Source of the DNA: an uncultured delta proteobacterium | Lineage (GTDB): Bacteria; Myxococcota_A; Polyangia; Fen-1088 | Assembly (NCBI GenBank): GCA_963767925.1 | Contig: CAVYGB010000010.1 | Coordinates: 800,001-864,000, forward strand | Reading direction: 5' to 3' | DNA length: 64,000 nucleotides | Position numbers and translations under genes: made by a program | The notes under the pieces: model-generated | Database searches by the model: none | What the model was told of the DNA's origin: nothing | What the model saw: only the letters and a program-made list of their open reading frames with translations | In this document: positions 29,692 to 40,726 of the stretch, piece after piece | How the letters are laid out: each line of letters opens with the position of its first letter | How positions within the stretch are numbered: the first letter of the stretch is position 1

Positions 29692-30673
29692 TTACTCTCG
29701 CTCGCCGATGCTCAAGTTGCTGATGTAGACGTTCCTCGTGGCTTTGCTCGAGCCCCGGCTCCAGTAAATTCCGCCATCCCAGTGAATCTCCCCCGTCGCG
29801 CCAGACAAGGTCGACTGGTGAACCATCTGGCCATCGACGAAGAACCGGATTGGGCCACCATTGCGCCAGTCGATGTCCACGCGGAAGTCGTACCAGCGGT
29901 TAGGCTGGATCTGCATGTGCTCCGTGTTGCCGCCGCACTTGTTGCAGAGAACGTTGAATCGTCCGTCGCCGCGAACGCGAAGCTCGAAGACCGGCCCGAC
30001 ATTGCTTCCGATTGTTTGGGCGAAGAAGGCGTTCATGCTGGTGTTGGGCCACATTGTGCCCCAGGCCAGGCTGACCCGCTTTCCGACGGCGATGTCGTAA
30101 CCGGGATTGTTGGAAAGCCAGCTTCGCGGCTCAGTGCCAGGAGATGTACGGAAGTTGTCCCCGGCTTGCCAGGTGGCCCGGACTACCTTGCCTCGCTGAC
30201 GGAGCGGATCGTCGACGATTTGCATTCGTTCTGCAGGCAAGCCGTTCGGGGAAAGTGAGAATCCAGACATGCCTTGTTCGAAGTCGTTGGCGAAGACGAT
30301 CCGACCCTCTGCGGTGGGGCCCTGGCCGGGGGCCGTGGGGCCGGCGGGGGGAGGGGGCGGCGTCGCCGGGGCGCACGTCGCTGAGGCGGCCGGCGTCAGC
30401 GGGGCGGCCGGCGTCGCTCGGGCGGGCGTCGGCGGGGCGGCCGGCGTCGGGGGCGCGGCCTCCGGAGCCGCCGCTGCCCGCCGAGCCACCAGCGGAGCCG
30501 CCGCTGCCGGCCGTGCCACCGCCGCTGCCACCCTGGGCGGGGCCGGGCGAGCCGCCGCGGCCGCCGCTGCCTCCCTGGCCCATGCCGGGCGGTGGATCCG
30601 CGGGCGGGGCTTCGGCTTCGCAGCCGACGAGTGCGAACACGGCGATGAACGTTCCGACGGTAAATGAGCGCAT
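29692..30673 (-). CDS. lipoprotein with polysaccharide-lyase-like (jelly-roll) domain, frameshifted near 30350
   Basis: GGAGG RBS; lipobox LVGC; Gly-rich and DAGRP linker; domain with NRWYDFRVDIDW..GPIRFFVDG..GIY; break in G5/G6 runs. Confidence 0.7.
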
Positions 30674-30905
30674 GGTCCTCCGGGTGCTGGGACGAGAGCC
30701 CGCAGCTTCAGCTTGTTCGGCGAGCAGCCGCCGATTTGTCAGGAAAAGTCGCGGCGCGTGCGCCATCCGACCCCGCCTGACACATCTCGTTCCTTAGGAA
30801 GTGACGGGAGGGGGGCCACCGTCACCAGCCTTCCGCCATTCTCGTCTTCTTCACGCCTTGCGTGAGCGCGGATGGCCGGGTCGCTATACTGGCGACCAGC
30901 GAACC

Positions 30906-31493
30906 ATGCATATCCTAGCTCGCCTCGACGAAGCCACGCTGCGACAGCTCCTCGACGAGCTCCTGCCGGTGACCATCCTGCTCGACGACGAGCCCCCCGG
31001 ACCGGGCGGCACTTCGGACGGCCGCTGGGTGGCCATCGAGGCGCCGCGCACCGTCGACTTCGTGGCTGGCGAGGGGCTGCGCCTGGTGACGGGGGGCAAG
31101 ATCCGCTGGCCCGTCTCCGGGGTCCCGGTGGAGGCCACCTTGCACGCGGCCCACATCCTGCTGCGCCCCCTCGTCGTCCCCGACAAATACGGCGGCCGCC
31201 TCGTCTTCCGCCCGGAGCTCGAGGAGGCGGACCTCAAGAACGTGCCCGCTCTGCTCGATCGGGGCGTCGCCGCCCTGGTCAACCGCCAGCTCGAAAAGCG
31301 GGGCGATCAGATCGCCTGGGACTTCGGCCGCACCCTGGCCTTCTCGGTCGCCCTGCCGCCCGCCCTGCAAGGGGTCGAGGCGCTGCAGCTCTCGGTCAAG
31401 TCCGGTCAGGTCACCATCAGCGATCAGGCCATCGAGCTGGCGCTCGACCTCTCGATGCACTTTCGCCACCTCCCCCGCAGCGAGGTCACGTGA
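30906..31493 (+). CDS. hypothetical protein
   Basis: 195 aa ORF with coding-like codon use and amphipathic beta pattern. Confidence 0.7.
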   Translation: MHILARLDEATLRQLLDELLPVTILLDDEPPGPGGTSDGRWVAIEAPRTVDFVAGEGLRLVTGGKIRWPVSGVPVEATLHAAHILLRPLVVPDKYGGRLVFRPELEEADLKNVPALLDRGVAALVNRQLEKRGDQIAWDFGRTLAFSVALPPALQGVEALQLSVKSGQVTISDQAIELALDLSMHFRHLPRSEVT

Positions 31494-32730
31494 AGTAGGC
31501 GATGCGGCCCCGCCCCTGCACGGGGATGCCCTGGGCCGCCAGCACCTCGCTCTGCAGGGCGAACATGCAGCCGGCCGCCTCGTCCATCTTGCGAGCGAAG
31601 GCGATCGAGCCCTTCAAGATCGGGAGCAGGCGCTCCCGGTCCTGGATGCGGGCCGGGGGATATTCGTGCTCGATCACCAGGAAGGTGCGGGCCACGTCGA
31701 GCGACAGCAGCTCGCGGGCGGCGAGCTGGTGGTCCAGCCAGTCGACCGTGCGGTTCTGCAGGTACCCCAGGGGATCGTGGCGGGCGGTGCCGGGCAGCTC
31801 GTGCTCGCAGAACACGGTCTGCTTCTTCCAGGCGTTGGCCTGGTCGGCCGGGCGGGGCGAGGGGCGGCCCCCGCTCCAGTCGCCGCGCTCGATGGTCTGG
31901 CCCCCGTAGCCCCAGCCGGCCAGCCCCCTGGGGTCGATCACCTGCCCCTTGACGTGGAAGCCGCCGATGAGAAAGCCGTAGCCGGCGTCCTTGAGGTACT
32001 GGAACAGCGAGCGGGTGTCCTGCCCCATGAGGATGGCGTGAGAGGGATCGTAGTGGATGCGAAGCTGGTCCCCCACCCCGTGCCGCTCGCAGATCCGGTG
32101 CAGCGCGATCCAGGGGCCGGGGGCGTAGGCGATGTTGTTGTGGAAGTTGTCCCCGGTGGTCCAGCCCGGCATCGGGCACTGCTCGATCCGGTATTGCAGG
32201 CCGCGGGCCTTGGCCTCGCGCAGGAGGGGCACGAACACCTCCTCGAAGAAGACCAGGTTGCCGTCGAGGCTCAGCTTCTGGTTGCGGCCCACGAAGCCGC
32301 ACACCGCCTCCGCCCCCAGCAGGACGGCGGCGTCGAACACGCGCAGCATGAAGGCGTGTTTCTTGGCCCGCAGGTCGTTGTCGTCGTGGAGCATGTTGTC
32401 GAAGTAGCCGAGGTCGGACAGGCCGACGCCGGTGGCCCGCAGCGCCGCCAGCACCCGGTCGGCGCGCCGGCGATCGAAGGGCTGGCGCAGGTCGAGGGTG
32501 TTGGCCACCGGATCGAGCATCGCCTCGGGCGGCACGTCGGCCTCGTCGGGGTGCAGGGCGGCCGAGAGCTGGATGAAGGGGCTGTCGAGCTCGCGGGCGA
32601 AGGCCAGCCAGTCCTCGATGGCCCGGTCGGGATCGGCGTCGCGCACCGGGCGCGGCGTGAGCTCCTGCAGCGCCGCCGTGAGGACGCTGAGCTTCATGAA
32701 CTTCGGCTCGAAGGGACGCACCGTCGACAT
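31486..32730 (-). CDS. sugar phosphate isomerase/epimerase (TIM barrel) family protein
   Basis: [33 protein letters not shown] metal-binding pattern. Confidence 0.85.
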   Translation of the reverse strand: MSTVRPFEPKFMKLSVLTAALQELTPRPVRDADPDRAIEDWLAFARELDSPFIQLSAALHPDEADVPPEAMLDPVANTLDLRQPFDRRRADRVLAALRATGVGLSDLGYFDNMLHDDNDLRAKKHAFMLRVFDAAVLLGAEAVCGFVGRNQKLSLDGNLVFFEEVFVPLLREAKARGLQYRIEQCPMPGWTTGDNFHNNIAYAPGPWIALHRICERHGVGDQLRIHYDPSHAILMGQDTRSLFQYLKDAGYGFLIGGFHVKGQVIDPRGLAGWGYGGQTIERGDWSGGRPSPRPADQANAWKKQTVFCEHELPGTARHDPLGYLQNRTVDWLDHQLAARELLSLDVARTFLVIEHEYPPARIQDRERLLPILKGSIAFARKMDEAAGCMFALQSEVLAAQGIPVQGRGRIAYFT

Positions 32731-32770
32731 GGCCGGACTTTCGACCGGCCGACCCGGGCGGTCAAGGCGA

Positions 32771-34048
32771 TCAGCGCCGGCGCAGCCGCCAGAGCAGCGC
32801 CCCCGCGGCCACCAGGGCCAGCACCAGCCAGGCCTGGCGCAGCGAGCGGGTGACCAGCAGCCACAGGCAGAAGGCGGCCGCCGCCGGGGCCACGATGGAC
32901 GCGGCCGGCAGGCGGAAGCCGGGGCCAGCGCCCGGCTGGTCGCGGCGGCGGAACACGAGCAGGGCCAGGCAGGTGAGCCCGTAGGTCAGCAGGCGCACGA
33001 TGGCCGAGGCGGTGGCGTTCCAGGCGAAGCTGCCGAACAGGGCCAGGGCCAGCACCAGCCCGGCGTAGGTGAGGATGGCGACGTGGGGGGTGCGGAAGCG
33101 GGGGTGCACGCGGGCGAGGGCCGCGGGCAGCTCACCCCGCTCGGCCATCGAGAACAGCACGCGCGGCGACTGCAACACGGTGCCGGTGGCGTAGCCGTTG
33201 ATCGAGATCATGGCCGCCAGGCTGGCGAGCAGGACGCCCGAGCCCCCGAACAGCGCCCCGAAGGCGGCCGCCACCGGCGCCTTGACCTGGGCCACCGCCG
33301 GCACCAGCCCGATCACCGCGAGCTGCACCAGGCAGTAGATCGTCGTGATGATCGCCAGGGCCACGAGCAGGGCGAAGGCGCTATCGCCCCGGGGGTTGCG
33401 CGCCTCGCCGGCCGGGATGAGCGGCGCCTCGAACCCGCCGTAGGCGAACATCAGCAGCAAGATGGCCTGGGTCCACTGGGGGTCGGCCACCACCTGCGAG
33501 CGGATCACCCCCGCTTGCACCTGGGGTAGGCCGGCCAGCACCAGCAGCAACAGCGGCAGCAGCTTGGCCAGCGTGAACAGATCGACCGCCCAGGTCGCCT
33601 GCCGGACCCCGATCACGTTGATGCCGGCGATGACCGCGACGATCGCGATCATGATCGCCGCCCGCGCCGGGCCCGCTCCCGCCGCCGGCAGCAGGCGAGC
33701 CAGGTATTCGACGAACACGTTGAGGCTGGCGGCCATCGCGGTGACCCGGATCCAGAACGTCAGCCAGCCCGCCTCGAAGCCGATGAAGTGGCCGAAGGCC
33801 TCGCGCGCGTAGAGGTAGGGGCCGCCCGGCTCCTGGAACCGGCTCGCCACCTCGGCGAAGCAGAGCACGATGGTCAACACGCCGAGGCCCGCGATGAGGG
33901 CCACCAGGGGGCTGGCCGCACCGGTCAGCCGGGCCTGCTCGGCCGGCATCCCGAAGATGGCGCTGCCGATCACCGCGTTGATCACGGCGGCCGTGAGATC
34001 CCAGCGCCCGATGCTGCGGACCAGCCCTGGGCGGGCCGCCTCATTCAT
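32771..34048 (-). CDS. APC family amino acid permease
   Basis: [44 protein letters not shown]; about 12 TM segments. Confidence 0.92.
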   Translation of the reverse strand: MNEAARPGLVRSIGRWDLTAAVINAVIGSAIFGMPAEQARLTGAASPLVALIAGLGVLTIVLCFAEVASRFQEPGGPYLYAREAFGHFIGFEAGWLTFWIRVTAMAASLNVFVEYLARLLPAAGAGPARAAIMIAIVAVIAGINVIGVRQATWAVDLFTLAKLLPLLLLVLAGLPQVQAGVIRSQVVADPQWTQAILLLMFAYGGFEAPLIPAGEARNPRGDSAFALLVALAIITTIYCLVQLAVIGLVPAVAQVKAPVAAAFGALFGGSGVLLASLAAMISINGYATGTVLQSPRVLFSMAERGELPAALARVHPRFRTPHVAILTYAGLVLALALFGSFAWNATASAIVRLLTYGLTCLALLVFRRRDQPGAGPGFRLPAASIVAPAAAAFCLWLLVTRSLRQAWLVLALVAAGALLWRLRRR

Positions 34049-34188
34049 CCGGGTTGGCCCTCGCGCGCGTGGCTGGAGGGGTCGTCACGGCCCGGTCTAC
34101 ACGTTGCGCCTGCAGGGCATGTAGGTAGAGTATGCCCTCTTCCCACCGGACCGCGCCAGGCAGGCGGTCGCCCGAGCAGGAGACGCCG

Positions 34189-35448
34189 ATGGTCCACCTA
34201 GCGCGCATCTTGTGCCCCGCTGTCCTCTTTCTCACCTTCGCGCCCGGCTGTGGTGACGATTCGCCCCCGACCGACCCTCCGCCCGCCGCGGGCCAAGGCG
34301 GCGCCGGCGGCAGCGGTGGCGCCCGCCCCGCCGGGGGCAGCGGTGTCGGTGGCGCGGCCGGGAGCGCCGCCGCGCCGACCGCCGGCACCGGCGGCGCGAC
34401 GCCCGCGCCGACCCCACCCGCCGCCGATGCGGGGACGGCCGCCACCCCCGACGCTTTCCGCCGCGACGCGGGCGCCCCGGCGCCCGACGGCGCCCCGGCC
34501 ACGCCCCCGCCCGCCGGCGCGCCCGCGCCCGGCCAGTACGGCACCCGGGCCGTGTTGCCCGAGCGCAACTCGGAGTTCGCCCTCGCCGCCCTCGACGGCA
34601 AGCTGTACGTGCTCGGCGGCTACCCGACCAACCCGAGCCAGACCCGCCCGACCCTGCAGATCTACGATCCGGCGACGAACACCTGGAAGCTCGGCGCCGC
34701 CTCGCCGGTCGCCCTGCACCACCCGGTCATCGCGGGGGTGAGCGGCAAGCTGTACAGCCTCGGCGGCCAGCCCGACACCGACCTGGTGCTCGAATACGAT
34801 CCCGCGACCGACACCTGGAGCTCGGCCCGGCGGCGCATGCCCACCGCCCGCGGCGGCGGCGCCGGCGCCGTCCTCGACGGCAAGATCTACGTCGTGGGGG
34901 CCCGGCCGGGCAACCTCTCGGCCGCGGCGGTCAACGCCTTCGAGGCCTACGACGTCGCCGCCGACACCTGGGAGTCGCTGCCGAAGCTGCCGGCCCGGTT
35001 CGACAACCGCAACCACCTCGCCACCGGGGCCATGCTGGGGAAGATCTACGTGGCGGGCGGGCGCTTCAACGGCGGCGGCTTCGCCTCGCCGATGACCGAC
35101 GCGCTCGAGATGTACGACCCCGCCACCCGCACCTGGACGGCGAAGGCCAACATGCGGCGGGCGCGCGGCGGGCTGTCGGCGGTGGTCGCCTTCGGCTGCT
35201 TCTTCACCTACGGGGGCGAGGGGTCGGGCATCGGCGAGCCCAACGACGTGTTCCCCGACCACGACGTCTACAACCCGGTGACCGACACCTGGACCGCCCT
35301 GCCCCGCCTGCCGATCCCCTTTCACGGCGTCACCGGCGGCGCCTTCGTGGACGGCGTGATCTACATGCCGGGCGGGGGCACCAGCTCCGGCGGCAGCAGC
35401 GGCACCACCATGCACCAGGTCTACCGCCCCGACCTGCGCTGCGAGTGA
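34189..35448 (+). CDS. Kelch-repeat lipoprotein
   Basis: CAGGAG RBS; lipobox APGC; Gly/Ala linker; six GKLYVxGG...YDPATxTW blades. Confidence 0.9.
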   Translation: MVHLARILCPAVLFLTFAPGCGDDSPPTDPPPAAGQGGAGGSGGARPAGGSGVGGAAGSAAAPTAGTGGATPAPTPPAADAGTAATPDAFRRDAGAPAPDGAPATPPPAGAPAPGQYGTRAVLPERNSEFALAALDGKLYVLGGYPTNPSQTRPTLQIYDPATNTWKLGAASPVALHHPVIAGVSGKLYSLGGQPDTDLVLEYDPATDTWSSARRRMPTARGGGAGAVLDGKIYVVGARPGNLSAAAVNAFEAYDVAADTWESLPKLPARFDNRNHLATGAMLGKIYVAGGRFNGGGFASPMTDALEMYDPATRTWTAKANMRRARGGLSAVVAFGCFFTYGGEGSGIGEPNDVFPDHDVYNPVTDTWTALPRLPIPFHGVTGGAFVDGVIYMPGGGTSSGGSSGTTMHQVYRPDLRCE

Positions 35449-35630
35449 ACGGCCGGCCGGCCTCGCCCCTCACCCATCCGGGAGGTAGGGCCCAGACTTA
35501 CTGAAAGCGTCGTACGTCCAGGGCCGGCAAGGCGGGCCCTGGACGCGGAAAGTGACCGGTTCGGGGGGCCGACCTGGGCCCTGGCCAGGCTTGCAGCTAG
35601 AATAGACGCCGGGGTTCGAGGCGTCTTCTC

Positions 35631-36533
35631 TTGGTGTCGGCAAGCTTGATGCTGATCGTGCTCGGCGGCATGCCCTGCCTGCCCGAGGAGCTCGGATACC
35701 TGTCGCCTCGGCTCACCGTCGAGCTGCCGCCGGTCTCCGAGGCGCCGGTGGTTCCGGAGACGCCCCCCACCCCACCTCCGGTGGTTCCGCCCCCGCGCCT
35801 GCCCACCCGGCCGAGCGAAGCCATCCGCTACCGGGTGATGTACGGCCTGTTCGGCGAGCTCGGCGAGATCAAGATCTCCTTCGCCTTCCCGGGTGACGCG
35901 GTCAAGGCGATCGGCGTCGGCAAGGGATCGCTGCTCGGCTTCGGGCAGATGGAGAAGCGGCTCGAGAGCCAGCTCGACGGCAAGGGGCTGACCCCCCGGC
36001 GCTGGGTGACGAGCCGGATCCAGAGCGGCAGGACCACCACCGACACCATCGAGCAGCCCGTGCCGGGATCGATCGAGGTGGTGCGCCGCCGGACCGGCCG
36101 GCCCGACGAGGGCCACCGCTTCGTGCGCAAGCAGCCGGTGCTAGACCCGCTGGCCTTCCTCTACCGCATCCGCCACCACCCGCCCCGGACGGCGCAGGCC
36201 TACGAGGTGCTCGACGGTCGCGCGCTCTGGCTGATCTCGGTGGAGCCGGCCCGCGGGGGCGCCCTGGAGAAGGGTCGGCCGGCGCTGATGGTGCGCGGGC
36301 AGGCCAGCCCGATCTTCTGGGACGGGCAGCGCGACCCCGAGCGGGCCGCCCGCAGCTTCACGCTCTGGCTCGACAAGGACCGCTACCACACGCCCTTGCG
36401 CCTCACCATGCCGCTGCCGGTGGGCGAGGTGCGGGTGGATCTGGCGGCCATCGAGCGGGACGTGACCGCGGAGCCCGCCGCCCCGCCGCCCCGTCCGGCC
36501 CGGCCGGCGCTGGCCAACCGCGCCCCCCGCTGA
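35631..36533 (+). CDS. DUF3108-like protein
   Basis: EAIRYRV, LDPLAFLYRIR, TLWLDKDRYHTPLRL..PVGEVRVDL pattern; start uncertain. Confidence 0.7.
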   Translation: MVSASLMLIVLGGMPCLPEELGYLSPRLTVELPPVSEAPVVPETPPTPPPVVPPPRLPTRPSEAIRYRVMYGLFGELGEIKISFAFPGDAVKAIGVGKGSLLGFGQMEKRLESQLDGKGLTPRRWVTSRIQSGRTTTDTIEQPVPGSIEVVRRRTGRPDEGHRFVRKQPVLDPLAFLYRIRHHPPRTAQAYEVLDGRALWLISVEPARGGALEKGRPALMVRGQASPIFWDGQRDPERAARSFTLWLDKDRYHTPLRLTMPLPVGEVRVDLAAIERDVTAEPAAPPPRPARPALANRAPR

Positions 36534-36602
36534 GCGCGCCGGGTCTTCCGGGATTGCCGGGGCCGGAGCATACTGCCGCCCCGGCCGACCGCCGGGACCA
36601 CC

Positions 36603-37334
36603 GTGACCAAGCTCAGCCTCAACCTCAACAAGTTTGCTCTGCTGCGCAACGCCCGGGGCGGGTCGCAGCCTGACGTCGCCGCCATCGGACGGCGCTGCCT
36701 GCGGGCCGGGGCCCACGGCCTCACCGTGCACCCGCGCCCCGACGAGCGCCACACCCGCCCCGCCGACGTCCGCGCGCTCGCCGACCTGGTCCGCGGGTTC
36801 CCCGGGATCGAGCTGAACGTCGAGGGGAACCCGACCCCCGGCTACCTCGAGCTGGTGCTCGAGGTGCGCCCGCACCAGGCCACGCTGGTGCCGGACGCCC
36901 CCCAGCAGCTCACCTCCGATCACGGCTGGGACGTGCGCGCGGCCGGCGCGGAGCTGACGCCGGTGCTGGCCCGCCTGAAGGCCGCCGGGATCCGGGTGAG
37001 CCTGTTCCTCGATCCCGATCCGGCCCAGGCCGAGGCCGCCGCCCGGGTGGGGGCCGATCGGATCGAGCTTTACACCGAGGGCTGGGCCCGCGCCTTCGGG
37101 ACCGCCGCCGAGGCGGGCGCGCTGGCCAGCTACGCCGCTACCGCCCGGCGCGCGCAGGAGGTGGGGCTGGGGGTCAACGCCGGCCACGACCTGTCGCTGG
37201 CCAACCTGGGGCAGTTCCTGGCGGGCGTGCCGGGCGTGCTCGAGGTGTCGATCGGCCACGCCTTCGTCTGCGAGGCCTTCGACCACACCCTCGAAGGGAC
37301 GATCGAGCGGTACCTGAAGATCGTCGCGCCCTGA
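36603..37334 (+). CDS. pdxJ: pyridoxine 5'-phosphate synthase
   Basis: LLRNARG, TVHPRPDERH, LNVEG, TLVPD..TSDHGW, RIELYT, NAGHDL, EVSIGHA. Confidence 0.96.
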   Translation: MTKLSLNLNKFALLRNARGGSQPDVAAIGRRCLRAGAHGLTVHPRPDERHTRPADVRALADLVRGFPGIELNVEGNPTPGYLELVLEVRPHQATLVPDAPQQLTSDHGWDVRAAGAELTPVLARLKAAGIRVSLFLDPDPAQAEAAARVGADRIELYTEGWARAFGTAAEAGALASYAATARRAQEVGLGVNAGHDLSLANLGQFLAGVPGVLEVSIGHAFVCEAFDHTLEGTIERYLKIVAP

Positions 37335-37359
37335 GGGGGCGGGGAGCGTTCTCGAGTCG

Positions 37360-37800
37360 TCAGCCCACCAGGGGGGCGTCGTCGGCGAGGACGAGGCGCT
37401 TGGCGCGGCCGTCGTCGTCGGTGTCGAAGAACTCCAGGCAGGGGTGGCGGGGGGCGAGCAGGCTGGCGATCAGCGCCTGTAGCCGCAGGTGGTCGGCCCG
37501 GGGCAGGTCGAGGAACGAGAGGGCCAGCATGTGCTCGCCGGGGCCGCGCCGCTCGTGGCGAGAGACCTGGGCGAAGCTCATGAAGGGCTCCTTGCCGGGC
37601 AGGTCGAGCAGCACCGAGACCACCCGGCCGCGGCGCATGGGGGCGCCCACCACCGCCCGCATGCCGCCGACCGAGAGGTCCTCGATCAAGCAGGGACCCA
37701 GGGGCCGCCGGTCGGAAAAGAGGATGGCGGTCGCCGGCAAGTCGGCCCGCGGATGGCGGCGCCGACTGCGACGGGTCGGGTCAACGACGTGGGTAGACAC
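37360..37800 (-). CDS. PilZ domain protein
   Basis: RRHPR and DLSVGG c-di-GMP-binding motifs. Confidence 0.85.
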   Translation of the reverse strand: MSTHVVDPTRRSRRRHPRADLPATAILFSDRRPLGPCLIEDLSVGGMRAVVGAPMRRGRVVSVLLDLPGKEPFMSFAQVSRHERRGPGEHMLALSFLDLPRADHLRLQALIASLLAPRHPCLEFFDTDDDGRAKRLVLADDAPLVG

Positions 37801-38016
37801 TGTAAGGTTTTATGTTAATCGAACTTACAAAATTTTCAACGACCGACACCTCCCCCCACCCCCCGAATTCCACCCACCTGCACCCTGGATCGGACGCGCG
37901 GTTTGCGCAACCCCGCGGCGCGGGCGTTCCTGTCATCCGCGCGGTAATGTTTCGAGGGTCGAAGTGAAAAGGACTTGCTCCCGTCCGTCGCAATCGCTGC
38001 GGTAGACTTGGGTCGG

Positions 38017-39390
38017 ATGCTCAACCCCAAGGACCTACCCGCCACGACGCTCTGGATGGCCCCCGCCAAGTCGGCCAAGCTCGTCTCGCGCAAGGTTCGC
38101 ATCGAGGTGCTGAGCGGACCGGATTCGGGTCGACACGCCGAGTTGCCCGGCCCCGAGGTGCGAGTGGGGAGCGCGCCCGACTGCGATCTCGCCCTGCGCG
38201 ACCCCACCGTCAGCCGCCACCACTTCACCGTACGGGTGGAGGGCGAGCGCATCCGGGTCATCGACTTCGGCAGCACCAACGGGACCCTGCTCGACGGGCT
38301 GGCCATCCGCGACGCCTTCGCCCGCCCCGACTCGCGCATCCAGTGCGGCACCTCGACGCTGCGGCTGGGCATGTTGCCCGACGTGGTCGAGGTGCCGGTC
38401 TCCCTGCGGGATCGCTTCGGCGGGTTGCTCGGCGGCAGCGCGGCCATGCGGCGGGTGTTCGCCATCCTCGAGCGGGTGGCGCCCACCGACACGACCCTGC
38501 TGGTGGAAGGTGAGACCGGCACCGGCAAGGAGCTGGTGGCCGAGGGCCTGCACGAGGAGAGCCAGCGCAGCGGCGGCCCCTTCGTCGTGTTCGACTGCTC
38601 GGCGGTCTCGCCGACCCTGATCGAGAGCGAGCTGTTCGGACACGTCAAGGGCGCCTTCACCGGCGCCATCGGCGACCGGGCCGGCGCCTTCGAGGCGGCC
38701 GACGGCGGCACCCTGTTTCTCGACGAGGTCGGCGAGCTGCCGCTCGACCTGCAGCCCAAGCTGCTGCGTGCCCTCGAGCGGCGGGAGGTCCGGCGGGTCG
38801 GCTCCAACCAGGTGCGGCGGGTCGACGTGCGCATCGTGGCCGCCACCAACCGCTCGCTCACCAACGAGGTGGAGCGGGGGCGCTTTCGCGAGGACCTGTA
38901 CTACCGCCTGGCCGTGATCCACCTCGTGCTGCCCCCGCTGCGCGAGCGGCCCGAGGACATCGCCCTGCTGGTGGCCCACTTCACCCGCGAGCTGGGGGGC
39001 CAGGGGGCGATGCCCCTGCCCGACTCGATGCTCAAGATGCTCGAGACCCAGAGCTTCTCGGGCAACGTGCGCGAGCTTCGCAACGCCGTGGCCCGGGCCC
39101 TCTCCCTGCGCGCCCCCACCCCGCCCGGCCCCCAGGTGGTGCCCGACGGCCTCTCTCCCAGCCCCGGCTTCTCGGTGCCGCTCGATCTGTCGATCCCCCT
39201 CAAGCAGGCCCGCGACCGGCTGATCGATCAATACGAGCAGGCCTACCTGCGCGAGGCCCTCAACCTCACGAGCGGCAACATCACGCGCGCCGCCGAGCTG
39301 GCCGGGGTCAACCGCAAGTTCATCCAGCGGGCGATGAAGCGCTTGCAGCTCCGCGTGGAAGACGCGCCCGACTCCGACGGCGAAGACTGA
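38017..39390 (+). CDS. FHA-domain sigma54-dependent transcriptional activator
   Basis: FHA (VGS..DPTVSRHH..GSTNG), GETGTGKE, GAFTGA, FLDEVGE, FREDLYYRL, GNVREL, Fis-type HTH. Confidence 0.95.
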   Translation: MLNPKDLPATTLWMAPAKSAKLVSRKVRIEVLSGPDSGRHAELPGPEVRVGSAPDCDLALRDPTVSRHHFTVRVEGERIRVIDFGSTNGTLLDGLAIRDAFARPDSRIQCGTSTLRLGMLPDVVEVPVSLRDRFGGLLGGSAAMRRVFAILERVAPTDTTLLVEGETGTGKELVAEGLHEESQRSGGPFVVFDCSAVSPTLIESELFGHVKGAFTGAIGDRAGAFEAADGGTLFLDEVGELPLDLQPKLLRALERREVRRVGSNQVRRVDVRIVAATNRSLTNEVERGRFREDLYYRLAVIHLVLPPLRERPEDIALLVAHFTRELGGQGAMPLPDSMLKMLETQSFSGNVRELRNAVARALSLRAPTPPGPQVVPDGLSPSPGFSVPLDLSIPLKQARDRLIDQYEQAYLREALNLTSGNITRAAELAGVNRKFIQRAMKRLQLRVEDAPDSDGED

Positions 39391-39400
39391 GCAACGCGGC

Positions 39401-40453
39401 CTACTGGAAGCCGTCGTGGAGGGCGGCGACCTCGGCGGCGCTGAGCGGGCGGTTGTAGATCCGCACGTCGTCGATCTGGCCCTGGAAGTTCTCGGCGTTG
39501 TTGAAGATGGCGGCAATGCGAGCGTTGCCCACCCCGCCCGTGTCGGGCGCCACCGTGCCGGTGCCCCGCTGCACGCCATCGAGGTAAAGGCGGTGGGTGT
39601 TGCCGTCGTAGCTGTAGACGTAGTGGTGCCAGCCAGGCGCCAGCGCGGGCGCCGAGACGAGGTCGTCGTCGCCCCCTTTCCAGGCGGCCACCCGGTTGTC
39701 CTTGAAGCCGATCTTGAGCCGCGAGCCGTCGCTGCTGCCGGAGGTGAGCGAGAAGCAGACCCGGTTGTTGGTCGGCATGGCGGCGAGGTTCACCCAGAAG
39801 GCGACGCTCTGCCGCTGGTTGTTGGCCGGCAGGTTGCGGGTGCCGAGCTCGACGAAGTCGTTGTCGCCATCGAAGCGGAGTGAGCCGGGGTTGGGGTAGC
39901 GGGCCGCCGGGAAGCCGCCCGCCACCCGGACCGCTCCGCTGACCGTGCCGTTGTTGAGGCCGCCGACGCTGTCGGCCGCGCCGTTGCCCGAGGTCTCGTC
40001 CAGCTTCCAGCGGCTGATGAGGCCCGTGCCGAGGTTCACCCCGGGCGGGGGGCCCGCTTCGGCGGGGGGCGCTTCGGGCGCGCCGGCATCGGTCGGCGGC
40101 GGCGCCGTGTCGGCCGGCGCGCTGTCGGCCGGGCGCGGGGCCGTGTCCGGCGGCGCGCGATCGGGGGCAGTGTCGCGGGTCTGGGTGTCGGCACGCGCGT
40201 CGACGGCGCCCGGTCCCGCGCCGCCGCTACCCGGCGCCGTGCCGCCGATCCCGCCGGTGCCGTCGATGGGCGCACCGGGGCCGCGGCCACCCTGGACGGA
40301 GCCGCTGCTATCCGGGGCGGCGTCCGCGGGCAGCGCTTCGACGAAGACGCGCGAAGCCTCGGGCCCGCAGGATGAAACCGACGCTCCCAGCAGCGCGAGC
40401 AACATCACGCTGGCTCCGCGTGCTTCGCACCGACGGCGTCGGCAGCGGGTCAT
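39401..40453 (-). CDS. LamG/concanavalin A-like domain lipoprotein
   Basis: Lipobox-like VSSC; linker; [39 protein letters not shown]; start uncertain. Confidence 0.87.
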   Translation of the reverse strand: MTRCRRRRCEARGASVMLLALLGASVSSCGPEASRVFVEALPADAAPDSSGSVQGGRGPGAPIDGTGGIGGTAPGSGGAGPGAVDARADTQTRDTAPDRAPPDTAPRPADSAPADTAPPPTDAGAPEAPPAEAGPPPGVNLGTGLISRWKLDETSGNGAADSVGGLNNGTVSGAVRVAGGFPAARYPNPGSLRFDGDNDFVELGTRNLPANNQRQSVAFWVNLAAMPTNNRVCFSLTSGSSDGSRLKIGFKDNRVAAWKGGDDDLVSAPALAPGWHHYVYSYDGNTHRLYLDGVQRGTGTVAPDTGGVGNARIAAIFNNAENFQGQIDDVRIYNRPLSAAEVAALHDGFQ

Positions 40454-40726
40454 GACTGACGAGGATAGAGCCAGGTTTCCTGGTCGACAAGTTCCATTAG
40501 CCTGTAAGAAACAAAATGGAGTTGACTCGAAAATTTTTTGCTTGCTCGAAACGGTACCACGACACGTGGCCGTGGCCGGACCGAGTCGAGCGTCGCGCGA
40601 CGGTCCCGGTCGCCTGTGCGGCGATCCATCTCTGGTCCGCGCGGTTGGCGTCACCGGGTGGGGCGGCGCCCGACCGGCTTCGACGCGGCCGGCGCGGGCC
40701 TGCTCGAGGCCCCGCGCGCCTGGCCG

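Noticed and set aside
40540..40562. Sigma54 promoter upstream of the LamG gene
   Set aside because: GG-to-GC spacing is 11 rather than the required 10
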